Source of the DNA: an uncultured Chloroflexia bacterium | GTDB taxonomy: Bacteria > Chloroflexota > Dehalococcoidia > GIF9 > UBA5629 | Length of the DNA: 64,000 bases | Reading direction: 5' to 3' | Assembly: GCA_963784375.1 (NCBI GenBank) | Contig: CAWAQY010000001.1 | Location: 12,486 to 76,485 of the forward strand | In this document: one piece after another, positions 1 through 10,900 of the stretch | Position numbering within the stretch: the stretch's first letter is position 1 | Layout: the number at the start of each line of letters is the position of its first letter | Position numbers and translations under genes: made by a program | The notes under the pieces: generated by a model | Told to the model about the DNA's origin: nothing | Databases searched by the model: none | Seen by the model: only the letters and a program-made list of their open reading frames with translations

Positions 1-342
1 TCAGCGGAAGGGCGACCTGTCTTCTCGTCGGGTGAACGCCGGCAGCACGAACGCGTAGAGCTCGTAGATCAGCACCGGCATCGAGATGATCAGATCGCCG
101 CGTAGGCCGACACGGTAAGCGTCGTCATGAACGGCTCGGCGACACCGAAGGTGAGCGGCTCCTGATCGTCCGGGCAGCGGTGCGTTGGCGATGTCGAGGA
201 TCAGGTGGTTCTGCCAGAAGCAGAGCGCCGACGCGACGCGAAGACGACCGCGCAGACGATGCAGCCGCGTGCGCAGCTCGTCGAGGTGCTCGACGAGGCG
301 TCAGCCGGTCTTCGGATATCGACTGGCCCGATCGGAGCGCAT
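1..342 (-). CDS. tatC: Sec-independent translocase TatC, N-terminal part only; it runs off the window start and the frame is broken several times
   Basis: Minus-strand translation gives 'LVEHLDELRTRL', 'IVCAVVFA', 'ALCFWQNHLILDIANAPLP', 'EPFMTTLTVSAYAAI' and 'MPVLIYELYAFVLPAF' in alternating frames. There is an ATG at 342. It lies immediately downstream of tatA. Confidence 0.55.
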
Positions 343-348
343 GCCGCG

Positions 349-615
349 CTACAGCTTGGGCTCGGGCGACGACCTCGCCCCGGCGGGCTCTCGCTCGCTT
401 CGGCGGCTTCGCGGTCCGACGGCGCCTGCCGACTCTGCGGCTGCGTCTTGCCGAGCTGTCGCGTCATCGTCGTCGTCGTGCTCGCCGGTCACCGCGCCCT
501 TGAACTCGCGGATCCGCGGCCGAGCGAACGCCCGAGCTCGGGCAGGCGCTTGGGGCCGAAGATGATCAGCACGATCACCAGCACGATCGCGATTTCAGGG
601 TCCTACGTTGGGCAT
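349..615 (-). CDS. tatA: Sec-independent translocase TatA/E, with two frameshifts
   Basis: 'MPNVGP' is followed after a 1-nt shift by '[28 protein letters not shown]', and after another shift by '[17 protein letters not shown]...'. The stop is at 349-351. Confidence 0.65.
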
Positions 616-659
616 GACGGCGATGGTAGGACGGGAGCGCGGGATCAGGCTCTGCCGGT

Positions 660-1246
660 TTATTGCGACTTGGCGGCGACGTTGTGGAGCCGCGAAGTTG
701 AGGTGGTAGCTGCTCCGGTCGGCTCGGCCTGGCCCTGGTACTTGCTGCCCAGCCGTCGCCGCCATACGGCCTCTCGACCGGCCGGTCGAGGCGCATGAAG
801 AGAGATCTGCCCGATCGGCATCCCGTTGTAGATCGTGATCGGCAGGTTCGCGACGTTGGAGAGTTCGAGCGTGATGTTGCCCGTGAAGCCACTGTCGACG
901 AAGCCGGCGGTCGAGTGGATCAACAGGCCCAGTCGGCCGAGGAGCTTTTGCCCTCGAGTCGCGCGACCAGGTCGTCGGGAAGGGTGACCCGCTCGAGCGT
1001 CTGGCCGAGCACGAACTCGCCCGGGTGAAGGATGAACGGCTGATCGCCCCGATCTTGACCATCTCGGTCAGGTCCTCCATCGGCTTGCGCACGTCGATGT
1101 AGGGGTGGCGCCAGTTGTGGAAGACGCGGAAAGCGTTGTCCCCGCGCACGTCCATGCTCGCCGGCTGGAAGCGCCTCGTCGTAGGGGTCGAGGACCAGTC
1201 TTCCGGCCTCTATTTCGGCCTTGATTGTGCGGTCGCTGAGCACCAT
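660..1246 (-). CDS. dcd: dCTP deaminase, frameshifted; the span is not a multiple of 3
   Basis: N-terminus '[25 protein letters not shown]', middle '[33 protein letters not shown]', C-terminus '[41 protein letters not shown]'. These pieces come from ORFs 920..1591 and 660..923. Confidence 0.85.
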
Positions 1247-1328
1247 GGGGGTCAGTCTATTGCCGGACTTAACGCGATCAACCCCGCGCTCAAGCCACGC
1301 CCGCACGTTCCGATAACAGGTCCAGGAA

Positions 1329-1652
1329 ATGGAAGTAAGGAGAGACACCAAGAAGCAGGCCGAGCGCCGCAGCGAGGGGATGCACATCTGCCCCGAGTGC
1401 CGCTCGGACCTCTGTCCAGCCCGTCGAATGGTGGGAGCGCGACGCGGACACGTGGGCGGAGTCGCCGCCCCGAGTGCGAGTGGCGCGGCGGCGGCGTCTA
1501 CGCCCAGGCGCAGATCGACCGCTACGACCGTCTCCTCGACGAGGGCGCCCGCGCCGTCGCCGTCGACCTCCGGGCCGACGCGAAAGAACATGAAGCGCGA
1601 GGCCGAGGCCGCCGCGCTCGTCCACGGCGCAGTCCTGCTGGAAGACTTCTAG
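1329..1652 (+). CDS. small zinc-ribbon protein with two CPEC motifs, frameshifted
   Basis: '[12 protein letters not shown]' (ORF 1329..1652) and '[35 protein letters not shown]' (frame of ORF 1115..1801). The terminal 'LLEDF*' stop is at 1650-1652. Confidence 0.4.
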   Translation: MEVRRDTKKQAERRSEGMHICPECRSDLCPARRMVGARRGHVGGVAAPSASGAAAASTPRRRSTATTVSSTRAPAPSPSTSGPTRKNMKREAEAAALVHGAVLLEDF

Positions 1653-2235
1653 GTCTTCGAAGTCTTCTGAAGCTCTTCTCGAGGCCGGTCGGGGTGGCGC
1701 TCGGCACCGGATCGGTGCCCAGGGTCTCGCGGAACACGACCTGGTGCTGGCCCTCGTTGGCCATGATCTGCGCCATCGGCTTCATCAGCGCCGGGTCCTG
1801 AAGATTCTGGATCGCGTCCGCGTAGGTGGCGATCGCGAGGTTCTCGAGCCTGACCGCGTAAGCGAGGAACGCGTCCTCGCTCGTCACCTCCGACAGCCCG
1901 GGCACGTCCTCGGGTCGCGGGGGCGCCGGGACCGCGCGGCCGAGGCCGCGCAGCATCTTGATCACGACGTCGGCGTGCTGCTGCTCCTGGCCGGCGAACA
2001 GCTTCGCGGTCGAGGTCTCGAACAGCCCCCGGCCGGCCGCCGTGTCGTAGACCAGCACCGCTGTCTGCTCGAGGTTGACGGCTCCCTCGATGATGTCGGC
2101 GTCGCCGGCCGAGGTGTCGGATTCCTGGGCGAAGGCCCGGCCGGCCTCGCCAGCCCGGGGACCGCCGCGGCCGAAGAGGGCGGCGCCGGCAAGGAGACCG
2201 TGGCGGAGCGCGTCCCGGCGGGTCGCGGCGGCCAT
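1649..2235 (-). CDS. ferritin-like domain protein with a twin-arginine signal; 3' end uncertain
   Basis: 'MAAATRRDALRHGLLAGAALFG' is Tat-like. It is followed by 'IIEGAVNLEQTAVLVYD...AGQEQQHADVV...AVRLENLAIATYADAI...MANEGQHQVVF'. The ATG at 2235 overlaps the upstream stop (TGATG). Confidence 0.55.
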
Positions 2236-2835
2236 CAGAACTTCACCGTCGGCTTCTGTCCCGTGATGATCGCCTGCGGCGACTGCTTGGCGGGGTCGCC
2301 GCCGGTCTCGACGCCGATCAGCACCGAGCTGTGCTGGGCGTCGTTGGTGGCGATCTCGGCGGCGAGGGTGCGGAGGTCGTGGTCGGGGATCTTGGGTATC
2401 GCCTCCAGGTAGGTGTAGATGCCCCACTGCTCGAGCTGGGCCAGGGAAGGCGAGCGCGGCGGGCTGGGTCTTCACCGTGTCGAGCCGAGCTGCGCACAGC
2501 GCGTCGGTCTTCGGCTTCACCGGCCGGCCGCCGATGTCGGCGACGGCTCCGCTGATCGCGGTCGCGTGGGCCTGGTCCTGCTTGCCGAACTGCCGGGCGA
2601 GCGCCAGATCCTTGCCCTCGAGCAGCGGCGCGAGCTGCTTGTAGGCCGAGACCGCCGCGAACTCGAACGCGAGCAGCGAATTGAGCACCCTGGCGTCGTT
2701 CGCCTCGTCGGTGGCGCCCGAGTCGTCCCCGCAGGCGGAGAGGGCGGCCGCCGAGCCGCCGGCCAGCGCGACCCCCGAGGCCTGGATCAGCCGCCGCCGC
2801 GAGAACGGGCGACGGAGGGAGCTGGCGGGCCTCAT
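2235..2835 (-). CDS. ferritin-like domain lipoprotein with a twin-arginine signal; one frameshift near 2445
   Basis: 'MRPASSLRRPFSRRRLIQASGVALAGGSAAALSACG' is a Tat signal plus lipobox. Then 'VLNSLLAFEFAAVSAYKQL...KQDQAHATAI'. After the shift it reads 'LAQLEQWGIYTYLEAIP...IATNDAQHSSVL...TVKF*'. Confidence 0.55.
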
Positions 2836-3795
2836 CGCGGCATCTCTATCAGCAGAGCGTCTGACCACGCCGTCGGCGACGAGGCCGAGCAGCTCGCGCT
2901 CGTCCTGCGGCAGCCGGCCTTCGAGGACCGCCTTCGCCCGCTCGACGGCGGCGCGGGCGCGGGCGCGGACCGCGTCGAGCACACCGGTTGCGGCGACGCG
3001 GTCGCAGAGCGCCTCGGCGCCGGTCTGGTCGAGGCCGTGGAGATCGACCGAGGCGATCTCGGGGTCCTCGCGGGCGGCGAGGATCAGCGCAGGTTGACGG
3101 TCCCGTCGAGCAGGTCGGTGCCCCTGCGCCTTTCCGGTCCGCTCCTCGGGGCCGGTGACGTCGAGGACGTCGTCGAGCATCTGGAACGCGAGCCCGATCC
3201 GCTCGCCGAACTCGGCCAGCGCCTCCTCGCCCGGCAGGCCCGAGGCGACCCGGCCGAAGCTTGGCACGCGCACTCGAAGAGCTGCGCGGTCTTCAGCCGG
3301 CAGCGCTCCTCGTAGCGCTGCTCGCTGACCGACATGTCGAAGGCGTCGTGGCGCTGGGCGAGCTCGCCTTGCGCGAGGGCGACGCAGCTGCCGCTGAGCA
3401 GGGCGATAAGCCTCGCATCAGGCGGCGGCTCCTCGGCACTGCCTGCGGGGCCGCCTTGGCCGTTGGTTGAAAGTTCGCGCGAACGCCCGCGAGAACAGGA
3501 GGTCGCCGACGGCGACCGCCCGTTGGCGGCCGGAGTTGGCGACGACCGTCGGCAGCCCGCGGCGGAGCGGGGCATCGTCGAGGACGTCGTCGTGGACGAG
3601 CGTCGCCATGTGGACGAGCTCGATCGCGGTCGCGGCGCGGATCGCCTCCTGCCCGGCGCCGCGTCCGGCACAGAGGAGGACGAGCAGCGGCCGCATCCGC
3701 TTGCCGCCGGCCGTCAGCGTCTCGCCGGTGTCGGCGCCGAGCTCCGGCCCCCAACCGTCGACCGTCTCGCCGAGCCGGCGCTCGACCTCGGTCAT
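2832..3795 (-). CDS. trans-polyprenyl diphosphate synthase (hepta/octaprenyl type), spread over three frames
   Basis: 'GGKRMRPLLVLL...ELVHMATLVHDDVLDDAPLRRG' is the first DDxxD motif. Then 'LIALLSGSCVALAQGELAQ', then 'IGLAFQMLDDVLDVTG' as the second DDxxD motif. Confidence 0.8.
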
Positions 3796-3865
3796 CCGCG
3801 CCGGCAGCCATGCCGCGGCGAGTCGGTCACGGCGGTGACCGGCGGCGGGACCGCGGACGGGCGGG

Positions 3866-4623
3866 TCACGACTTGGGCCCTTGGTGGCGCTGTGGATGGC
3901 GATGATGCCCCCGCGAGGACGGCGCAGCGGATATCTCGCCGAAGCCGGCGAGATCCATCTTCTCCGCGAGCGGTGGGGCGTGGGAAGGCCTCTCACCGAC
4001 TCCGGCAGGTAGCTGTAGGCGTCGTCGTCGGCCGCAACCGCGCCGAGCATCGGCACGATCTGGTCGAACCAGAGCGGGTAGAAGCTCGCCAGCGGCGGCC
4101 GGGTCGGCGTCGTTATCTCGAGGATGACGAGCCGGCCCCCCGGCTCAGCACGCGGGCGATCTCCGCAGGCCCTTGTCGAGGTCGGCGAGGTTGCGGAGGC
4201 CGAAGCCGATCGTCAGGGCGTCGAAGCTCTCGTCTTTGTAGGGAAGCTCGAGCGCGTCGGCCGACTGAACGCCACGGTCCCGGCGGCGCGGTCGGCCGCC
4301 TTGCGGCGTGCGATGCCGAGCATCTCCTCGAAGAACTTAGCCGATCAGCGCCGCCGCCGGCGGCTGAGCTTCGTCGGCCAGCTCAAGGCGAGATCGCCGG
4401 TGCCGCAGGCTACGTCGAGGGCGCTGTCTCCGGGCCCGAGCCCGGCCAGCTCGGCGGCGCGCTCGCGCCACTGGTGGTGAAGCCCCGCGGTCATCGCCGA
4501 GTTCAGCAGGTCGTAGCGGCCGGCGATGCGGTCGAACATGCCGCGCACCTGCTCGGCGAACTCGTCGGACCCGCGGTCCGGCGCCACGTGCCCGGGCTCC
4601 GCATCGGGCTCGGCCGCGGGCAA
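3866..4623 (-). CDS. ubiE: demethylmenaquinone/ubiquinone methyltransferase UbiE/MenG, frameshifted
   Basis: '[29 protein letters not shown]...[11 protein letters not shown]' at the N-terminus. 'YSYLPESVR...[12 protein letters not shown]' at the C-terminus. Confidence 0.8.
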
Positions 4624-4666
4624 CGGCGTGATCGCGCTCGGCGTCCATCGACCTCAGGCTACGCGC

Positions 4667-5367
4667 TCAGTTCAGCGAGGCGAGGAAGTCCGCGAGATCG
4701 TTGAGCTTCTGAGGGGGCAGGTTCTGGTAGCTGGGCATGATGTCCGGCCCGACCTTCAGCGAGCGGATGATCGCCTCGCGCGGCAGCCGCTCTCCGATCT
4801 TCGTCAGTCCCGCCCCGGGCCGTCGTTGCCGTTCTCGCCCAGCTTGTGGCACGCGAGGCAGCCCGATTGGGCGGCTACCTCCTTGCCGGGGGTGAGCTGG
4901 GGGCTCGTCTTCATGTCGATCTCGGTCGGCGAGCCGGCGGTCGCTCCGAGGAAGGTCAGGTAGGCCATCGCGATGATCGTCGCGACCCCGGCGATCGTCG
5001 CGATCGGGCGGCGCTCGGCGGCGCTCCGGGCCCGCGGTCGTAGAACGGCAGCAGGAGGAGCAGGACCATGGCGATCGTCGGGATGCCGACCGTTGCCAGG
5101 GGGACGTAGGGCGGGCGGCTTGATGACCCGCAGCAGCTCGAAGAGGAAGAAGAAGTACCACTCCGGGCGCGGGACGTAGGTCGTCGTTGTCGGGTCCGCC
5201 TTCGGGCCCTGCTCGGCGCCGAGCAGCAGCGACATGACGATGATCACGCCGACGACGATCAGCGCCATCGCCGAGTCCTTGAGGATCGCGTAGGGGAAGA
5301 AGGGCTTGCCCTTCTTCTTCAGCAGCTCGTACTCGGTGAGGTAGCGCTCCTTCTCGGCCGAGTTCAT
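4667..5367 (-). CDS. qcrC: menaquinol:cytochrome c reductase subunit IV / c-type cytochrome fusion (Bacillus QcrC-like), frameshifted
   Basis: 'KPFFPYAILKDSAMALIVVGVII...YVPRPEWYFFFLFELLRVIKPP' is the cytochrome b6f subunit-IV motif. 'SGCLACHKLG' is the CxxCH haem site. The C-terminus reads 'MPSYQNLPPQKLNDLADFLASLN'. Confidence 0.7.
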
Positions 5368-5479
5368 CCCTGACCCCCCGGGGCTCCGTCGCCGCCGTCG
5401 GCTTCGGCGCTTGCCGGCGCCCCGTTGCCGGCCCGCGGCCTCGGGCCCGGCGCCGTTGGCGATCGCGGTCAGCTCATGG

Positions 5480-6358
5480 TTCGGGATTGACTTCGGTTGG
5501 TTAGCACTGACTAAACGAAAAGGCATGGCCCTGGCATTTACCGATCTGGGAAGTTCACTGGGACTTCTGGTGTGGGGCTGGATAATACCATATATAGTCC
5601 AGGCTTCAAGCTGGCAAACGGGTTGGATCAGTCTGGCGGCAATGGCATTATTCGCTACACTTCTTAATTTTTTCCTGGTTAGAAATTACCCCTCGGATAA
5701 GTCAGGGATTGACCAACAGGAAGCCAATAGTCAGGTAAAGGAGCCTATATTGACAACGTACGGCAAGCTTCTCCAGAATAGAACATTCTGGCTCATCGGC
5801 TTATCTTACCTGCTTATCGGATTTTCAATTTTAATCCCCTTTACCTTTATCACTACCCATGGTGTACAGTCTCTGGCAATACCTTATCAAACGGCAAAAT
5901 GGTTCTTGATTGTAGTGGCTGCCATGCGGTATTATTGGCAAGCTCATACTAAGTCATCTCTCCGATAAGATAGGCAGGATTAAAATCATGATCATTTGCG
6001 ATCTGCTTATTGCTGCTGGAGGGCTGGGAATGATTTACAGCAGCGACTTTCTTAACATTAATCCTGTCGTCCGCTGTTTTCGGATTCGGCTACGGGGCTT
6101 TATGGCCGGTTTACGCCGCTGTCGCCGGAGATTACTTCCCTAAAGTATTTTCAGGCAGAATCATCGGCTTGTGGACGCTTTATCTGGGGTTGGGTTCAAT
6201 TTTCGCACCCCCACTGGCAGGCTGGACAATTGACAGTTCCGGGCATGTTTGTCTGGGCATTTGTCCTGACTGTAGCCAGTGCCGTGATATCACTGTTATT
6301 ACTATTACCTTTATTATCACCCTCTTCTAAAGTTCAGGAAACTGATTTGCTCAATTGA
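5480..6358 (+). CDS. MFS transporter; the 5' end is cut by the GC junction and there are two internal frameshifts
   Basis: Hydrophobic 12-TM-type sequence: 'GMALAFTDLGSSLGLLVWGWIIPYIV', 'FWLIGLSYLLIGFSILIPFTF', 'FGFGYGALWPVYAAVAGDYFP...GLWTLYLGLGSIFAPPLAGW'. The stop is at 6356-6358. Confidence 0.7.
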
Positions 6359-6383
6359 CAATCAAAAACAAAATGATTATACT
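6355..6383 (+). promoter_or_regulatory. sigma-70-type promoter for riboswitch 1 and btuF
   Basis: TTGACA (6355-6360), a 17-nt spacer, then TATACT (6378-6383). It sits just upstream of the riboswitch aptamer. Confidence 0.5.
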
Positions 6384-6399
6384 TCGGGCAATTAAATAG

Positions 6400-6596
6400 T
6401 GTAGTAAGGGTGCATTCGGGCAACCGAGAACTTAATTGGAGCGCAAGTCGGCGTAATTCCGGCACAGTCCCGCCTACTGTTAAAGTCAGGACGCCAGCCC
6501 TGTTTGTTTTGTCTACCTCCGCGGAGCAAGGGGGTGGGGTTTTGTATTTATTAAGAAATCGAAATCCCCCGCTTCTGTGGCGGGGGATTTTCTATT
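6400..6596 (+). promoter_or_regulatory. cobalamin (B12) riboswitch with a terminator expression platform
   Basis: Core reads 'CTTAATTGGAGCGCAAGTCGGCGTAATTCCGGCACAGTCCCGCCTACTGT'. The B12 box is 'AAGTCAGGACGCCAGCC'. The terminator stem is ATCCCCCGC / GCGGGGGAT (6564-6572 / 6580-6588) followed by a U-tract. Confidence 0.85.
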
Positions 6597-6613
6597 GAAT
6601 GAGGGAGAAAGCT

Positions 6614-7643
6614 ATGAAAAGTAAAATTCGATTTCTCTGGATAGTCGTTACCCTGTTATTGGTAATCTATGGTTTTGCCTGCGGCAGTGGAGTTCAACCT
6701 CCACCAAAAGAAGTTGCCCCTCCTGTTCCGACTCCATCCCCCCAGGAAAAAACACCCCCTCAGGCTAAACCCGAGCCGGAGGAAGTGACTACATTCCCGG
6801 TGACGGTCACGGATGACCTGGGCAGGAAGATAACAATCAACAAACTACCCCAGCGAATCATTTCTCTGGCGCCGAGCAATACTGAAATACTCTTCGCCCT
6901 GGGGCTGGATAGCAGAATTGTAGGCGTTACCGACTATTGCGATTATCCTGAGGCAGCTAAATCAAAACCCCGTGTGGCAAGCTACGATACTCCCAATGCT
7001 GAAAAATTAATCTCCCTTCAGCCGGACCTGATAGTAGCCGAATCTATTCATGAAAAAACAGTGTTACCGGCATTGGAAAAGCTCGGTTTAACTGTTTTTG
7101 TTACCAAGGCGAAATCTGTCGATACTGTGTTGCAGGATGTTTCAAGATTGGGGCAAATAAATGGGAAGAGCACCGCAGCGGCAAAGCTGGTTGCTACATT
7201 AACTAACAGGATCAAAGCAGTGTCGGCAAAAACGGAAACCTTGCCAGCAGATAAACGTCCCAGAGTCCTCTATGTTGTGTGGCATCAACCTATCTGGACA
7301 ATGGGTTCCGATACCTACATCGACGACATGTTCAGCCTGGCTGGCGGAAACAATATTTTTTCCAGGGATTTCAAGGAGTCCAGGATAGCTTCACTGGAAT
7401 CGATTATCGCTAAAAATCCCCAGGTTATTATCGTATCGGGAATGGCAACAACCGGGGATCTGATATACAACGCTGTTAAAGGTGAGGATAGGTTGAGAAC
7501 CGTAGATGCCATGGTCAATAATCGTGTTTTCAAGATTAAGCGACTCTAACCTGATAGAGCGTCCAGGACCCAGAATAGTTGACGGACTTGATGAGCTGGC
7601 TAAACTTATACACCCCGAGATATTTGGCACATTTTCAAAGTAA
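6614..7643 (+). CDS. btuF: BtuF-like cobalamin/siderophore-family periplasmic-binding lipoprotein (ABC substrate-binding protein); one frameshift near 7540
   Basis: Lipobox 'LLVIYGFACGSG' and a Pro-rich linker. Then 'RIISLAPSNTEILFALGLDSRIVGVTDYCDYPEAA...LQPDLIVAE'. After the shift the C-terminus reads 'LIERPGPRIVDGLDELAKLIHPEIF'. It is preceded by a B12 riboswitch. Confidence 0.85.
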
Positions 7644-7650
7644 TTACTCA

Positions 7651-7680
7651 ATGACAAAGGAGCGAGGAATCATCTATATA
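7651..7680 (+). promoter_or_regulatory. possible promoter for riboswitch 2
   Basis: ATGACA (7651-7656), an 18-nt spacer, then TATATA (7675-7680). Confidence 0.3.
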
Positions 7681-7694
7681 ACCATTTTGAATAA

Positions 7695-7888
7695 AATATT
7701 AGGGCGCCCGAGGGTAACTGAGGGCTTAATTGGAACGCAAACCGGTGAAAATCCGGAACAGTACCGCCTGCTGTGAAAGTCAGAACACCTGCCCTGCATC
7801 ACATCATACCTCCGCGGAGGAAGGGGGTAGCAATTTCACAAATTGAAAAAATCCCTTGCTCCACCTGGAGAAGGGATTTTTTGTTGTT
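7695..7888 (+). promoter_or_regulatory. cobalamin (B12) riboswitch (second copy) with a terminator expression platform
   Basis: Core reads 'CTTAATTGGAACGCAAACCGGTGAAAATCCGGAACAGTACCGCCTGCTGT'. The B12 box is 'AAGTCAGAACACCTGCC'. It shares 'CCTCCGCGGAGGAAGGGGGT' with copy 1. The terminator is AATCCCTTGCTCCA / TGGAGAAGGGATT plus TTTTTT (7846-7888). Confidence 0.85.
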
Positions 7889-7904
7889 CAGAAAAGAATT
7901 AAAC

Positions 7905-10900
7905 ATGAAAAAGGAACCCATGAAATTCAGAATCTTTTGTCATTCACTCATCGTCGCACTTATTGCACTATCGATATGTTCATTTATAGCATATGATAAG
8001 CCAGCCCTTGCTGATGATTCGGGGCTTCTTAAATGGACCCGCATTGATACTCCTGGATCAGTTGCTGCTAAAAACGAGGTTGTGAGCCCTTCGGAAGTAA
8101 ACCGCATAATAGCAGGCTCAGACGGCAAGACTTTCTATTGTGTAGATATTCCCGATGCCAGCACTACAACTGGCGGCAAAGCTTTATATAAATCGTGCGA
8201 CAGCGGAAAATCATGGAGTGACGATATCGGCGAGCACATGTACCAGGAAATGTCTCCAGCAGAAAAAGCAAACTTCCGTGTCTGGACGATTGCCATAGGT
8301 CCAGACAATGTGAATTTCCTGGCTGCGGTTACCAACGGTCCTGCAAGCAATCTTCCCCGGAATGTATGGATATCGACCGATGGGGGCAACAACTGGCAAA
8401 ATACTAACCTGACCGGCACCGGCAATATCAGCGCCGTAGATGTGACTAAAAGTAATAACACCTACCTGGTGGCAATTGGTACTCGAAATGGTACGGGCGG
8501 CGGAAATGTTTATTCGTTTAAATATCCAGGATATGGCGGCTGGACAAATCAGGGCTTAACGGGAGATATAATGGCGCTCAAATTCTCCCCTAACTTCGCC
8601 CTCGATGCCGCTATTGTAGTAGTCTACTCCAATGCAGGAGGGACTTATTTAACTACCGGCATCCACGATATGGTTTCTAACCCCGGTTTTACAAATTGGA
8701 CCGCAATCTACGGCACACCGCCCGAGATCACTACATCGGGCACGGGTACTTCGGCAAAGGCCAGCCAGATTATATCTGCAGACCTGGAACTACCCAGCAA
8801 TTTCTCGGGACAGGCTCCCAGCTTCCGTCGATATTATGTCAGCATCGATGCCCCATTGAACACTGCAGGCATCTATCGCTTTGACGATAACAATAGCAAC
8901 TGGCTTATGCCTGCTACCAGCAGCAAAAGAATAGCCAGCATTGCTTATTTTGGAACCTACAGTTCCGGCAAATTACTGGCCGGTGAAGTTCTGGGAAACC
9001 CGTGCGCGGCCACGGTGATGACCTGGTTCACCGATGCACCAACGACCTGCCCCGGCACCTGCTGGTACCCTTCGGTGAAACCACCTACAGGCGCCAGCGG
9101 AAGCGATAACTGCACTGGTTCCGGCTACGGTAATGCCCAGGTTGCCTGGTCTCCGGATGGTTTAACTGCCTATGTGGGTACAGCAAGTACGGTTACCCTT
9201 ATTCCGGGAGCGAATTGGCCTTTACCTTATTTAACCGGGAAAAGCCTGGATGAATCAGCCTTTTCAATAAGCCGGAACAACGGGCAAACCTGGAACCAGC
9301 TTTCTCTCATCGATACTCGAATAAATTCGTTCACCGACATTGCGCCTTCTCCCGACTGCTCTACTGTGTTTCTGGCTTCAACCAACAACGCTACCAACTG
9401 CTCGGGATTCGATAGTGTCTGGCGCAGCCAGAGTTCACCCATAGGCTTTACCTGGGAACGTGTTTTATGTAAACCTACTACCCACGAACCATGTGGTTCA
9501 GGGCAAACCGATACGGCAATCTTAAGGTTGGCTGGGAATAGAACTGACGGCCACTACATTTTCTGGGCAGCTACTGGGACAAAATCTCTCTGGTGGTCTG
9601 CTGATCGCGGCGATTGGTGGGGAAATATCAACCCGAGATTCAATGTCCAGGATATGGCAGTCGAAGATAGCAATACTTTGTTTATATTGAGCTCAGGCGG
9701 GCAAGTTCAAAAATTTACCTTCAATTCTTCCGGGTGGTCTTCTTTAAAAACGATAAGCACGGGACTGGATTCGGGCTATAGCATTGCCACTGCTTATACC
9801 GGAATAACTCCTGATAACGACAAGGGGAACATTATCGTGGGAGGTTCAGGCAGCGGTAATTTCGACGTGGCTTATTCTACAGATGACGGTGCAACTTTTA
9901 TTGTCATCCCCAAAATACTACCTACACGGGACAATACCATGGTCGTCGCCAGTTCAGGCTATAAAACCGACGGTTATATCCTGGCTATTAACTCCGGAGG
10001 AATGTATGCCTGGGGAATCTATACCGGAATAACTGCTGATTGGGAGACATGGTGGGGTGGCCCGAGTTTCCCCAGCTCCGTTACCGGGCTTGTCCATATC
10101 AAGAAAATACGGGTTTTATTTCCCTACTCCAGCCAGTCTGTTTTCATCGGCGACTCCATATATCCGATGGTCTTCTGCCCTTGCCAACCTTGATCCGACT
10201 ATTTCATTTGGAACACAACCGACCACCAGGTTCAGGATCTGCGGCGGATTAGAATCGGGCGACAACATAACCGTTTATGCTATTGACCAGAGACCAAACG
10301 CGCCACCCGTTGGGGGAGTCTGGTGTTACATCGACTGCTTATCCTGGAACGGACCTGTGCCGGCTGATCCTGTTAGCCTTAATCCGGTTGGCTTTGACCC
10401 TGTATCCGGGAGAGCCGGGCAAATCAATGTAAAATGGAAACCTCAATGCCTTTCAAAGGGATATCAATTTCAGCTATCTAACGACATAGACTTCACCGCG
10501 CTGGTTGCTGATATCGGCAGTGTCTGGGGAGGTCCATTCTATACACCTCCTGATCTGGATGCGCCGGCCTTAATAATCCCCGCCGGCGGAGGCAGAATAG
10601 TCGATGCCTCGGGTACTGTCTGGAGAATACCTGCTTTAAACGCAAATCATACCTATTACTGGAGAATCAAGGTAAAAAGTGTGGTCACCGGCGACAACAT
10701 CGAAAGCCCCTGGTCGTGGCGGGAGAGTTTCAGGGTGACCCAGGGGCTGCCTGTCACCAATCCATATTACGGACTACAACTATTAGCACCCGATAATGCC
10801 TGCGGTTGTTTGCCGGATGCCCCACTGTGTTTCTCATGGGCGCCTTTCAAAGAAACGGCTTCTTATAGATTGGAGCTTTCGGACAAGGCAGACATGAGTG

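Noticed and set aside
180-5161. Many long overlapping ORFs on both strands of the high-GC block, for example 3334..4704 + (456 aa), 205..798 +, 1744..2412 +, 2419..3315 + and 3293..3811 -.
   Set aside because: Their Arg/Ala/Pro/Gly-rich low-complexity translations are typical of stop-codon-poor antisense or off-frame reading of ~70 % GC DNA. Recognisable conserved motifs (Dcd, polyprenyl synthase, UbiE, QcrC, TatA/C) are found only in the minus-strand frames listed as features.
5368-5520. The GC boundary as the edge of a genomic island or prophage.
   Set aside because: There is no integrase, recombinase, transposase, tRNA/tmRNA target, att-like direct repeats or phage genes on either side. 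Genes are truncated on both sides. A chimeric join is more parsimonious.
6410-7904. ORF 6410..6598 (62 aa), and the N-terminal extension 7773..7904 of the large ORF. Both contain 'KVRTPAL'.
   Set aside because: Both are read-through translations of the two cobalamin riboswitch aptamers and terminators; the shared peptide is simply the B12 box. The real starts are the RBS-linked ATGs at 6614 and 7905.
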